DNA of 64,000 nt, from IMG/VR virus record IMGVR_UViG_3300028888_000124, positions 2,407-66,406 of that record. One strand, given 5' to 3'. Shown here one piece after another: positions 40,219-49,386 of this stretch. Under the pieces are notes generated by a model. That model was given only the letters and a program-made list of their open reading frames with translations. It did no database searches and was not told where the DNA came from. This stretch comes from a virus. Both the position numbers and the translations under genes were made by a program. Positions within the stretch are counted from its first letter, which is position 1, and every line of letters begins with the position of its first letter.

Positions 40219-40397
40219 AGTGCAAGCACTGTAAATTCTGGAAGTTGGAAGATGAACTGCCGTACATATCCGAATTTATGGAATGTACACGGGTTGACAA
40301 AAACGACCCTGATTGGTGGAAGAAATATCACTTTAGAGGGCCGGAAGATTCGTGTGAATATGGGGTGTTGAAAATAACCGATAGAGAAGAGGTTTAG
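40215..40397 (+). CDS. small Cys-containing protein
   Basis: ORF track. Confidence 0.35.
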   Translation: MKCKHCKFWKLEDELPYISEFMECTRVDKNDPDWWKKYHFRGPEDSCEYGVLKITDREEV

Positions 40398-40486
40398 TAT
40401 ATGTCGCCTGAATTGTTGTTTGGTTTAAAGATTGCTGGTGTTGTTCTTCTTGTCATTTTTTGGATCACAATGGAGGTGTTTAAGAA

Positions 40487-40807
40487 ATGAAAAAAGGTAT
40501 TGCGTTAGTGATTCTTCTTGTGATGCTGGTGCTCTGTCTGTGCGGCTGCGAAGTAAAAAGCGGCAACCGTATTATCGAAGGAAAGGACGTGCAAACATTT
40601 ACTTATGCCTATGTCCGCTTGGGCGACAGGGACATTGCTGAAGGATACGTCACCCAATGGCGGGACTACAACAACAGCGATGAGGTTCAAGTGTTGGTAA
40701 ACGGTAAATATTATCTGACCCATTATAGCTGTGTTGTCCTTGTGGCAGATCCTGCTCAAGGCGCATTGCAGTATTCCAACCCAACCACATTTGGAGGGGA
40801 GAATTAA
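40487..40807 (+). CDS. putative lipoprotein (signal peptide plus LCGC lipobox)
   Basis: ORF track. Confidence 0.45.
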   Translation: MKKGIALVILLVMLVLCLCGCEVKSGNRIIEGKDVQTFTYAYVRLGDRDIAEGYVTQWRDYNNSDEVQVLVNGKYYLTHYSCVVLVADPAQGALQYSNPTTFGGEN

Positions 40808-41101
40808 ATGCTGGGACATATAAGAATGATAACACCGGATAAAATAGAATTTCCGAATCTCCCCACATATGATATTCCTTTGCGAGATCATGCGGTTCCC
40901 ATGGTGCGTGTCATAGATTTAAAGAGATTCGCGTCAGCAGCGTTAGATAACTTATGTGAGTATCTGTCACAAAATGCCACCTTGGTGTGTCATGTATGTG
41001 CGAAATACAGAGACACTTGTGACAATGGATGCGGGTTGACTTCCGATGAATGGAAGACATTGATATTAGAATGGGCGGAGAAACAGAATGAGACCAATTG
41101 A
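40808..41101 (+). CDS. hypothetical protein
   Basis: ORF track. Confidence 0.35.
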   Translation: MLGHIRMITPDKIEFPNLPTYDIPLRDHAVPMVRVIDLKRFASAALDNLCEYLSQNATLVCHVCAKYRDTCDNGCGLTSDEWKTLILEWAEKQNETN

Positions 41102-41402
41102 CGCTGATAAATTGTCCGAACAATATGAGACGTCGATGTGTGAACTTTTGAAAAGCACAAATTGTGAGAACATCAGCATAGAAGCTTTAAGTCTACTTTG
41201 CGGGGCGAAGCTCATTGCGGATGCGCCCACCGTTTGCGCTGTGCCCGTGAAGCATGGGCGGTGGCTGAACATGAGAAACGGAAACGCCGATTGTTCCGTT
41301 TGCGGACGGCATGTAATAGGCGTTTACGATGACGATAACGCCGATAGATTTTGCCGATGCTGCGGCGCAAAAATGGATTTGGAGGCACAAGGTAATGGAT
41401 GA
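41088..41402 (+). CDS. hypothetical Cys-rich protein
   Basis: ORF track. Confidence 0.35.
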   Translation: MRPIDADKLSEQYETSMCELLKSTNCENISIEALSLLCGAKLIADAPTVCAVPVKHGRWLNMRNGNADCSVCGRHVIGVYDDDNADRFCRCCGAKMDLEAQGNG

Positions 41403-41685
41403 TCTGATAAGCCGGGAAAGGGCAATTGAAGCCGTAAAAATTCCTGATGATGGATGCAACAATCCATCAGAACGGCATGGAATCATTTTTGCGCGAGTTG
41501 AAGCCAGAAGAGCAATCCAATCTATTCCATCCGTCCCCGCCGTGCCGCTGGATAAGCTGTGCGAATGGCTGGCGAAGAATGCTTCATGGTATGCAGCTGA
41601 AATTGATGGTGATTCAGAAGAATGGAAATCAATATTAACAGAGTGGATGGAGGAACAAGATAATGGCAATTATAATGGACGGTAA
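41395..41685 (+). CDS. hypothetical protein
   Basis: Internal ATG of track ORF 41329..41685. Confidence 0.35.
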   Translation: MDDLISRERAIEAVKIPDDGCNNPSERHGIIFARVEARRAIQSIPSVPAVPLDKLCEWLAKNASWYAAEIDGDSEEWKSILTEWMEEQDNGNYNGR

Positions 41686-42490
41686 AGCTCTTGCCGAAAA
41701 AATAAAAAACGCATGTAAATACACAAACGAAAAAGTTCGTCGTCCTGTTCTGACAGTGTGTCAGGTTGGAAATGATCCAGCCAGCGATATCTATGTGCGG
41801 AACAAAGAAAAGGCGTGTCGGGAAGCGGGCATCATTTTTTTACATGAGAGAGTCCCGGAATACGTGGAACAGCCGATGCTTGAAGCGCAGCTCCGCAGAG
41901 GTTCAAAAGAAGCCTGCATGCTGCAATTGCCCATCCCGAAGCATTTGGACGCTAACAAAGCCATTGACGCTATTGAGCCATTTTCAGATGTGGATGGCCT
42001 ACACCCCAGAAACATGGGCCTCCTGATGCAGGGAAGACCATTCATGATTCCTTGTACAGCCAAAGGAATCCTGCGTCTGCTCAAAGAGTATCAAGTTCCT
42101 CTTGACGGAAAGCACGCCGTTATCGTTGGCAGAAGCAATATCGTTGGAAAGCCTACGGCTATGCTTCTTCTGAATGAAAATTGCACAGTCACGATCTGCC
42201 ATTCCCACACAGAGAACCTGGCAAGCATAACCAAGCAAGCCGATATTCTTGTTGTCGCCGTCGGCAAAGCCAAACTCATTACAGCAGACATGGTAAAGCC
42301 CGGAGCAGCCGTCATCGACGTAGGGATCAACCGAGTGGACGGGAGAGTCGTTGGGGATGTGGACTTTGAAAACGTAGAGAAGGTCGCCGGATGGATCACG
42401 CCTGTCCCTGGCGGTGTGGGACCGATGACTGTTGCCATGCTGTTGGAGAATACAGTTCAGGCCGCAGAACAGGATCATTGGCCCTGGTAA
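41663..42490 (+). CDS. folD: bifunctional methylenetetrahydrofolate dehydrogenase / cyclohydrolase
   Basis: GRSNIVGKP and PVPGGVGPMT motifs; 275 aa. Confidence 0.85.
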   Translation: MAIIMDGKALAEKIKNACKYTNEKVRRPVLTVCQVGNDPASDIYVRNKEKACREAGIIFLHERVPEYVEQPMLEAQLRRGSKEACMLQLPIPKHLDANKAIDAIEPFSDVDGLHPRNMGLLMQGRPFMIPCTAKGILRLLKEYQVPLDGKHAVIVGRSNIVGKPTAMLLLNENCTVTICHSHTENLASITKQADILVVAVGKAKLITADMVKPGAAVIDVGINRVDGRVVGDVDFENVEKVAGWITPVPGGVGPMTVAMLLENTVQAAEQDHWPW

Positions 42491-42503
42491 AGGAGAGAAA
42501 ATT

Positions 42504-42707
42504 TTGAATTCGTTAGTGGTTGTTGTTATTACTCTGTTTTCTTATTGGGGATTGGGCTGGATCATCTATTTTCTCACGGATCAGAATGAACAGTTCATGC
42601 TTTATTGGGGAGCAGGGCTTTGGTATTGGATATTTTATATCATCTTTTGGCCTGTACGGCAAGTGCGTACAGGGCGATGGAAATTGAAATGGAGGAAAAG
42701 AAAATGA
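42504..42707 (+). CDS. small membrane protein (TTG start after AAAGGAG)
   Basis: In the frame of track ORF 42432..42707. Confidence 0.35.
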   Translation: MNSLVVVVITLFSYWGLGWIIYFLTDQNEQFMLYWGAGLWYWIFYIIFWPVRQVRTGRWKLKWRKRK

Positions 42708-42991
42708 CAAAGACTGAACGGCACATGGAAATCTGTGAGGAATAGAACCATCTTTATGATCAAAAGAATCACGATTACGGCGACAGCTTCCACACCACTT
42801 ATCTGGAAGAAGGCATGGCGATGCCAAGAATCCGCTTGGGGGATAAGCTGAACCGTTTTAAAACACTGACCAAAGGAATGGAAATCGCTTTGGTGAATGA
42901 TGAATCTGTTCGTGACACACTTGTTGATCTGGCGAACTATGCCATTATGACGATCATGGAGATCGACGAGGAAAGAGGAAGAAATGTGTGA
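42704..42991 (+). CDS. DUF1599-like protein (KNHDYGDSF); in-frame TAG at 42743
   Basis: ATG overlaps the upstream TGA; coding-like continuation after the TAG through to a TGA at 42989. Confidence 0.4.
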
Positions 42992-43400
42992 GTTTGAAGA
43001 AAAAACAAATGTATGGTTCCGTGGGAAACGATGCGATAATGGCGAATGGGTCGTTGGCCGTCTCCTCGCTGACGATGTAATCGTCCCGCTAAATCAACCG
43101 TTTGAAATAATCAACGGAAAAATCAACGGACATTTAATCGCTTATGAAGTTCGTCCTACTACCGTGGGACAGTTTACGGGATTGCGCGATAAGCATGACG
43201 TTCCCATTTATGAGGGGGACATTGTGATGAAGCGCACATATCACGGGAAGAAACCAATGAAAGTTGTGTTCAGCTCCGGCTGTTTCCATTGCGGCTGGGG
43301 CGGCGGCAGTTCAACCGCAACGCATCCTTACACGCTGGAAGATAAGCAAATCGAAGTAATTGGAAACGCTTACGATCATCCCGAATTATTGGAGGAATAA
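42984..43400 (+). CDS. YopX-like phage protein
   Basis: C-terminal IGNAYDHPELL is a YopX hallmark. Confidence 0.6.
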   Translation: MCEFEEKTNVWFRGKRCDNGEWVVGRLLADDVIVPLNQPFEIINGKINGHLIAYEVRPTTVGQFTGLRDKHDVPIYEGDIVMKRTYHGKKPMKVVFSSGCFHCGWGGGSSTATHPYTLEDKQIEVIGNAYDHPELLEE

Positions 43401-43401
43401 T

Positions 43402-43734
43402 ATGGAAATTCTTTATGAACATGTTGCTGGTTCCGCGCCATGTATGCCGCTTGCAATTGTGGCGTGGAGTATCGCTGGGCTGATTTCTCTCTGGACTATC
43501 TATGAAGCAATTAAAGATGAAGATTCTTCATACTTGCTTATTCTTTTCCTCACGGGCATTATAGCGCTTCTTGGGTTCAAATCTACAGCTGATACCCGCT
43601 ACAACGAAGTAGTCGCTACAATCAATGAAAACGTTTCCTGGACTGAAGTGAACGATAGGTATGAACTGCTAAAACAAGAGGGTCAGCTTTATACCTTCAA
43701 AGTCAAAGAGGCACCCGATGAAGCAGAAGAATGA
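43402..43734 (+). CDS. small membrane protein
   Basis: ATG after GGAGGAATAAT, in the frame of track ORF 43360..43734. Confidence 0.4.
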   Translation: MEILYEHVAGSAPCMPLAIVAWSIAGLISLWTIYEAIKDEDSSYLLILFLTGIIALLGFKSTADTRYNEVVATINENVSWTEVNDRYELLKQEGQLYTFKVKEAPDEAEE

Positions 43735-44230
43735 TCTTGATTTAATCTGCGCCGATTAGTCGATGCGCTGTCCCGGCTTCGCGTAGATTCATTACAGCGC
43801 CAAAGAGCGTAAAGCGGCAGTAGTTCGCATGAGCTACGTGGATAACCACTATTCCAAAAAGCCACACGGCCAAATGCTTTCCGAGATCGCCCATGAATTC
43901 CGCACCTATCTCAAGGAAAAGCCAGACGCTATCCTCGTTCGGGAGCGTGGCTTCTTTCGGTTCGCAGCGGAAACAGAAGTGTAGTGCCGGGTCATTGGGG
44001 TGTCCGACCTGTATGCTTGGGCAACGGGGGAAAAGGTGTTTCAGGAAATCTCCCCAAAGGAAATCAAAAAATAGGTTGCAGGTTCCGGCAAAGCCGACAA
44101 ACAAGCGGTAGCGGATGCTTTGGAAAAATATGTGGGCAAATTGGAATATGAGCGTGACGACTGCAGTGATGCTGTGGCTGTAGGAATCGCCTGGCTGATT
44201 CAAAATAAATAGATCGATACCAAAGATTAA
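43718..44230 (+). CDS. RuvC-family Holliday-junction resolvase with 5 in-frame TAG codons (43757, 43784, 43982, 44072, 44210)
   Basis: RBS AAAGAGG then ATG. Translation LICAD(TAG)SMRCPGFA(TAG)IHY ... DCSDAVAVGIAWLIQNK resembles RuvC N- and C-terminal motifs; TAA stop. Not in the track because TAG splits it. Confidence 0.65.
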
Positions 44231-44254
44231 ATTGTCAAGAAACATGTGCAGCAA

Positions 44255-44290
44255 AACAAACAAAGAGGCTTGCGCCTCTCCGCTCACGGT
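44255..44290 (-). terminator. minus-strand hairpin agaggc-gcaa-gcctct plus TTGTTTGTTTTG
   Basis: Read directly from the sequence. Confidence 0.4.
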
Positions 44291-44321
44291 GTGCACGTAT
44301 TCCAGGTATGCGATGAGGAGA

Positions 44322-44528
44322 GCGACCTACCCCGTCGCCGGATTCACCAGGGATACGAACGCCACGATTACATCAAACATAGATTCGAGTGTTGGATCGC
44401 TCAGGCATATGCTCAAGGAAAATAGGACGCCCAACAATCCGAATTGAAGTCCCGCCATTCCAAGAACCGCCTAAGCAAGAGCCACCGCCGTCTTCCAGAT
44501 TTGGATATTTTTGTTCTTAATCACACCA
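44322..44528 (-). CDS. putative small two-TM membrane protein (GTG start after AAGGAG); contains a TAG, and a second TAG just before the terminator may act as its stop
   Basis: Sigma70-like promoter TTGCGA, 17 nt spacer, TATAGT upstream on the minus strand; hydrophobic translation. The end point is uncertain. Confidence 0.3.
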
Positions 44529-44623
44529 ACCACTCCTTATGAGGTGAACACAAAAATTGAAGGAGTAATCGGCATGGAGAACAGTATAACTATATCACGA
44601 GTAGGCATGTTTCGCAAATAGTT

Positions 44624-44658
44624 TTTTAAGGGCGGGTGAAAATCCGCCCCGTTTTTGT
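44624..44658 (+). terminator. Rho-independent terminator (gggcggg-tgaaaat-ccgcccc plus GTTTTTG), followed by the TTTGTTTCCATTAT motif at 44654..44667
   Basis: Read directly from the sequence. Confidence 0.5.
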
Positions 44659-44686
44659 TTCCATTATGGGTGTAGGAGGGCAACGA

Positions 44687-45628
44687 ATGAATTCAGTACA
44701 TGAGCTCATTGAGCAATTAAGGAAGTCTGATTATGTGCGCGAAAAGAGATTTGGAGACATATCGTCTTTCAACTTCACGCGCTCCGCTTTCTATGAGGGA
44801 CATTGGAACGCAGTAACGACGAAAGCACGAGGTCTGTTCATCAACACCCGCACAGAAAAAATCGTAGCCAGAGGATACGATAAGTTTTTCAATGTTGACG
44901 AAAATTCCCAAACCACCATGGACGCAATCCGGCAAAAGATTCTCTTTCCAATAAAAGTGTACAAGAAAGAAAACGGCTTCCTGGGACTCATCTCCTGGGA
45001 CCATGAGAAAGATGATTTCTTTTTTGCCACCAAGTCTATGATGGAGGGACCCTACGTTGACACCTTGAAGCATCTCTTCTTCACCACGGGTATCAACACA
45101 GAAGAAGTAAAAGCGTTTCTGCGCGAAGACAATTCTACTATGATTGTTGAGGTCATCGATCCTGTGTTTGACCCGCACATCATCGAATACGAAACAGCGC
45201 ATCTGGTTCTTCTGGATATAGTAGCCAATGCTCTGAGCACTGCCTATATGCCCTACTGGCGTCTTACTATACAAGCTTCCAATTTTCATATGGAAATAAA
45301 GAAGCTTCAAAGCACCCTCATGAAATTTCCATCTTTGGAAATTATTAAGCTGCTTTGCGATAAGCCCTATTTCGTTGACGAGAGCGGCAAGCCTTTTGAA
45401 GGCTATGTGTTCCGGGACGCCCGCAACTTTATGTTCAAAATGAAAACCGCCTACTATCTCAAGTGGAAACGGTATCGGAGATATGCCGATATGCTTCTTA
45501 ACGGCAAACAGCCTCAGGTTAAAGGGGATCTATTTCTTGCCTGGGTTGAAAAGAACAAGGACAAGCTGGGCTGTAAAAGCATTATTGAAATGAGGAATCT
45601 GTATGAGGCTGACAGCACGGAATTGTAA
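44687..45628 (+). CDS. T4 Rnl1-like RNA ligase
   Basis: KARGLFINTRTEKIVARGYDKFFNVDE parallels T4 Rnl1 ECRGIMFE..KPVRIASRPMEKFFNLNE, and a KKENG lysine motif follows. ATG after GTAGGAGGGCAACGA, in the frame of track ORF 44636..45628. Confidence 0.65.
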   Translation: MNSVHELIEQLRKSDYVREKRFGDISSFNFTRSAFYEGHWNAVTTKARGLFINTRTEKIVARGYDKFFNVDENSQTTMDAIRQKILFPIKVYKKENGFLGLISWDHEKDDFFFATKSMMEGPYVDTLKHLFFTTGINTEEVKAFLREDNSTMIVEVIDPVFDPHIIEYETAHLVLLDIVANALSTAYMPYWRLTIQASNFHMEIKKLQSTLMKFPSLEIIKLLCDKPYFVDESGKPFEGYVFRDARNFMFKMKTAYYLKWKRYRRYADMLLNGKQPQVKGDLFLAWVEKNKDKLGCKSIIEMRNLYEADSTEL

Positions 45629-45809
45629 CGGCATGGTGTATATCCCCGGATATGCTCCCAAATGTGATGACCCCGCTACGTGCGAAATGATCGTAAAGGC
45701 AGTCACCTGGCTGGCGGCGTTGGAGGATCTGCTGGAATATCCCGGCATTTTTGACTCTATGCCGCAGGAAGCAATTGATAATCTTAAAAAGGAAGGAATA
45801 CTCGAATGA
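45603..45809 (+). CDS. hypothetical protein
   Basis: ORF track. Confidence 0.35.
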   Translation: MRLTARNCNGMVYIPGYAPKCDDPATCEMIVKAVTWLAALEDLLEYPGIFDSMPQEAIDNLKKEGILE

Positions 45810-46468
45810 AAGATAACCTCACTGAAATTGTTTTTATTCTGGATCAAAGCGGTTCTATGGAAAGCCTGCGTGACGACACCATTGGCGGCTACAACAGCTA
45901 CATAGAAGATCAAAAAAAGGAAGAGGGAGAAGCGTATCTCACCACCGTCCTATTTGATCATCGGTACGAATTGCTTCACGACCATGTGAACATTCAGAAT
46001 GTTGCTCCGATCACGACAAAGGAATATCGTCCTGGTGGAACCACCGCTCTGATGGATGCCGTTGGCCGCACGATCAACAGCGTCGGACAGCGGTTGGCTG
46101 ACACGCCGGAAGAGGAACGTCCCGCCCATGTCATCTTCGTGATCACCACGGATGGCTATGAGAACGACAGCCAGGAGTTTACGCGGGAACAGGTCAAACG
46201 GATGATCGAACATCAGCAGGACAAGTATTCATGGCAATTCATTTTTATCGGCGCAGGGATTGACGCTTACGCCGAGGCCGAATCCATCGGGCTGGGCGGC
46301 TATCACACCATGTCTGTTTCCAAGAGCAGTGCCGGTGCGCAGTCCATGTTTAATTCCGTCACCTTCGCATCCAAAGCTATTCGATCCGCCAACACCTCCT
46401 ATGCTACGCTGGATAGCCTGGGTGATAGCTGGAAGACAGGAGATTTGGGAAATGACCTGCAGCAGTGA
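45806..46468 (+). CDS. von Willebrand factor A domain protein (MIDAS DQSGSM)
   Basis: ILDQSGSMESL motif. Confidence 0.6.
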   Translation: MKDNLTEIVFILDQSGSMESLRDDTIGGYNSYIEDQKKEEGEAYLTTVLFDHRYELLHDHVNIQNVAPITTKEYRPGGTTALMDAVGRTINSVGQRLADTPEEERPAHVIFVITTDGYENDSQEFTREQVKRMIEHQQDKYSWQFIFIGAGIDAYAEAESIGLGGYHTMSVSKSSAGAQSMFNSVTFASKAIRSANTSYATLDSLGDSWKTGDLGNDLQQ

Positions 46469-46604
46469 TTGTCAAAGGTGTGTTTACGGCGTACCGCAGC
46501 TAAAAGTAAAGTGCGGGAATAAGAATGCCACATGCAATGGCGAATGCACCAAATGTATATATAGACAGGAAATAGCCGTAAGATACATTTGCACATCTCA
46601 TTAA
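46452..46604 (+). CDS. small Cys-rich protein
   Basis: Internal ATG of track ORF 46260..46604. Confidence 0.3.
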   Translation: MTCSSDCQRCVYGVPQLKVKCGNKNATCNGECTKCIYRQEIAVRYICTSH

Positions 46605-46613
46605 GTAAGAGGA

Positions 46614-46838
46614 GTGTATATAATGAAGGAAGTCACTCAATATCAGTGTGAACATTGCGGCACCTTTTATAAAGAAGCCGCTAAAGCCAGAGAGTGTGAA
46701 GAGTTTCACATCCTGTCTGACACCGATTCTCCCATAGTATATAAATACAGGGCAAAGAACGAAGGTCATGAATCCAAATATCCTTACGCTGTAGTCATTA
46801 CTATGGCTAACGGCGAAAAGCTTACATTCAAGAGGTGA
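46614..46838 (+). CDS. small zinc-ribbon protein
   Basis: ORF track. Confidence 0.4.
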   Translation: MYIMKEVTQYQCEHCGTFYKEAAKARECEEFHILSDTDSPIVYKYRAKNEGHESKYPYAVVITMANGEKLTFKR

Positions 46839-46847
46839 GCCGCACCG

Positions 46848-47420
46848 ATGAACGATTTGATGATCAACCTGTTTATCCCCCGTACTTAGGATGGTTCCGC
46901 AGCCGCGATTGCCGCCCACATCTTTGCCAAAGAAAACAGCGGCGCTGTATCGATTGTGCGGTACGAAGACGAAGATGAGCTAAACAAAACCGTGGGAGAA
47001 TTGATGCGTCATATTACCGTTGCCGATGGATATGACGCGCCGCAGCCAAGCCGCCGTCTTGTATGGATCGTAGGCGAAGGCGTCAATGAAGATATCCACG
47101 ATGAACTGATATGGTTCGCCACCAACAAACCTGGGAGATCATATGCTCAAGCCTTTGACGGAAGTTTTCTCTATATAACGGAAGTGTGGAAACCAGACCA
47201 TCTTTTCAGCCTGCACCGATTCTTTTATCATCTGCGCTTATAGGATGACATAGGGAAAAACATTGAAGACCTCTACAATATGCTGGACGCTGACGAGTTT
47301 GAACACCTGATGGCTTATCTTCTGCAGGAACATCCGATGGCAGAAGACGTGACCAAAGAAGATTATGTGCTTAACCTGTTCGTTGAGCACGAGAAGAAAC
47401 GGAGAGAATCTTACATTTAA
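46848..47420 (+). CDS. hypothetical protein with 2 in-frame TAG codons (46887, 47241)
   Basis: RBS AGAGGTGA then ATG at 46848, in frame with track ORF 46956..47243. A coding-like continuation after the TAG at 47241 runs to a TAA at 47418. Confidence 0.45.
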
Positions 47421-47553
47421 ACCACCGTGAGGAAACGCTGCGCCGCGCAGTCGATTGGAAGCAGGGTCTACGTGGGCAAAGTAAGTGTGTTCATCCCCCT
47501 CGTCGTGGAGGAAAATTGTGTTGCCTCGTGACGGCTTTATGGTGTGTCCGTCC

Positions 47554-47658
47554 TTATTCGAAGATAAGTTTGAACAGGATGCTGATCTACTGCTTCACAG
47601 CTTCGATCAGCAGAGCCCATCCAAGATCAGACAGAAACTTGCGAATCTTATCTTTCAC
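47554..47658 (-). CDS. small hydrophobic peptide (34 aa, GTG start; TAG at 47587 read as sense)
   Basis: RBS GGGGCGGAGGTGATTCAA then GTG; consensus promoter immediately upstream. Confidence 0.35.
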
Positions 47659-47753
47659 TTGAATCACCTCCGCCCCAGGGCTTGCGTTTCAATTGCAGCC
47701 AATATGTAAACAATCGAATTCACCCCTGGCTGGTTTCCTCACGGCTTATCTGT

Positions 47754-47782
47754 ATTTTATCATATATCACCAATATTTTCAA
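47754..47782 (-). promoter_or_regulatory. near-consensus sigma70 promoter TTGAAA, 17 nt spacer, TAAAAT (leftward)
   Basis: Hexamers and spacing read on the minus strand. Confidence 0.5.
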
Positions 47783-47891
47783 CCACCGCAGAGAAGCAAG
47801 CAGATTCTCGTTCAGCCAGAAGATCTCTGCACTTTATCCTCAAGACACGTAAATGCCAGGTTATTGCTGCGAAGTGTCTTTTGTCTTGGGC

Positions 47892-47999
47892 TTATCCGAA
47901 GATTAGCTTACCAACAAACTATACGATCAAGCCGGTTATTACGCCGATCACAATCGCACGGGTGTCTCTTTGAAGTTTTTTCTTGGTTTTTTTCTTCAT
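47892..47999 (-). CDS. small hydrophobic peptide (35 aa; TAG at 47919 read as sense)
   Basis: RBS GAAGCGGAGGTGGTATCT then ATG; Lys-rich N-terminus and a single TM. Confidence 0.35.
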
Positions 48000-48072
48000 A
48001 GATACCACCTCCGCTTCAACATTATCAATCTATTTATAAATGGCTGATCGGGCTTCTCTGCGGCTTATCCAT

Positions 48073-48101
48073 ATAATATCATACTTTATCCAATGTTTCA
48101 A
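48073..48101 (-). promoter_or_regulatory. near-consensus sigma70 promoter TTGAAA, 17 nt spacer, TATTAT (leftward)
   Basis: Read on the minus strand. Confidence 0.5.
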
Positions 48102-48209
48102 TTACCGCCGGGTGTGTGTCTGTGCCGAACAGCCGACTGGCTTGTACTGCCCGACATGAGTTGTGCTTTGTGTTTCGTGGATTTGTGCTGTGTTAAGTGA
48201 AGTGTGTTA

Positions 48210-48296
48210 TCACTTTAGGATAGCAACAATCTACCTGGCAACCGATACCAGGAGTGTGGCTACTTTGATGATCCGGTCAAAGACTTTCTCGCTCAT
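48210..48296 (-). CDS. small hydrophobic peptide (28 aa; TAG at 48231 read as sense)
   Basis: RBS AAGAGGAGGCGGGCAAA then ATG. Confidence 0.35.
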
Positions 48297-48413
48297 TTTG
48301 CCCGCCTCCTCTTACGCAAAACACTGCCGCTGCGTTCACAGCGGGTTCTATGTCAACAGCCGTCCACCCGGCGGCTTACAAATATTATAGAAAATAAAAA
48401 GGAATATTGCAAG

Positions 48414-48935
48414 ATGAAAGAAACTTTTGTTTGCGCCGATCTTCACTTCTGCCACGAAAATATCATCAAGTATGAGAACCGCCCCTGGCTCAACGCAGAC
48501 GCCATGAACTGGGGCTTGATCCATAGCTGGAACCAGGTTGTTTCCAAGGATGATAAGGTATTCGTTCTGGGCGATGTTGGCTTCTGCGGCAAAGAAAAGA
48601 TGAGCGAGCTGGTTCATAAGCTGAACGGCTACAAGATTCTCATAATGGGCAATCATGATAGAGGACGGCCCACCCACTGGTGGAGAGAGGTCGGCTTCGA
48701 GGATGTTTCCAAGTATCCCGTGATCTATCACGAGCATATTGTTCTCATGCATGAGCCGCCCACGTATTTCAATGACGCCACGCCGTACTTCTATGTGTAC
48801 GGCCATGTTCATGGATGCCCTGATTATCAGGATCACACCGAGCATTCCGCCTGCGTCAGTATTGAGCGGCTGAATTATGCGCCCGCCAAACTGGATGACG
48901 TGATCAGTGGTTCGGCTTATACACATCAAAAATAA
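48414..48935 (+). CDS. calcineurin-like metallophosphoesterase
   Basis: CADLHF, GDVGFCG and GNHD motifs. Confidence 0.7.
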   Translation: MKETFVCADLHFCHENIIKYENRPWLNADAMNWGLIHSWNQVVSKDDKVFVLGDVGFCGKEKMSELVHKLNGYKILIMGNHDRGRPTHWWREVGFEDVSKYPVIYHEHIVLMHEPPTYFNDATPYFYVYGHVHGCPDYQDHTEHSACVSIERLNYAPAKLDDVISGSAYTHQK

Positions 48936-49039
48936 AACCGCCACGGAGCGACAAGCAGATGTTCGTTCGGCTGGAAAATCTCTGCAAGCTTATACCCAGT
49001 GTTCGTGAGATTGTGAATTGTGGAACGTGTAGTAAGGAA

Positions 49040-49147
49040 TTACTTCCTCATAAAACGGTCATACAACCAAGCAGCTATCTATCCGCCAAGGATACCCACC
49101 GCGAGGTCGTAGCCCAGCTTCAGAATTGCGTTTACAATAATCAGCAT
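49040..49147 (-). CDS. small hydrophobic peptide (35 aa; TAG at 49079 read as sense)
   Basis: RBS GAAAGGAAGGGAGG then ATG; single TM and a basic C-terminus. Confidence 0.35.
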
Positions 49148-49229
49148 GAGTAGCGACCTCCCTTCCTTTCACTTCCGGTTGCCCGGTTTCTATATCAACA
49201 GTCGAGCGGCCTCCCCGTGGCTTATCCAT

Positions 49230-49258
49230 ATTATATAATAAACTCCTTGGTTTTTCAA
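49230..49258 (-). promoter_or_regulatory. consensus sigma70 promoter TTGAAA, 17 nt spacer, TATAAT (leftward)
   Basis: Read on the minus strand. Confidence 0.55.
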
Positions 49259-49354
49259 CGCCCTGTCTCTGGATAACCTGTTTGTCGTCCAAGACAGGGT
49301 ACTTCATTTTTTTCTTGATAATTATCTAAGAAAAAATGAAAAAGTTGCCCTTCT

Positions 49355-49368
49355 GTGTCCCCATTATC
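49355..49368 (+). promoter_or_regulatory. variant of the recurring motif (TGTGTCCCCATTAT) upstream of the 49387 gene
   Basis: Read directly from the sequence. Confidence 0.3.
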
Positions 49369-49386
49369 AGTGTAAGGAGGAACGAA

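Noticed and set aside
43742-44296. 184 aa minus-strand ORF in the track
   Set aside because: It is entirely antisense to a well-supported RuvC-like gene that has a good RBS and conserved motifs. It has no RBS of its own.
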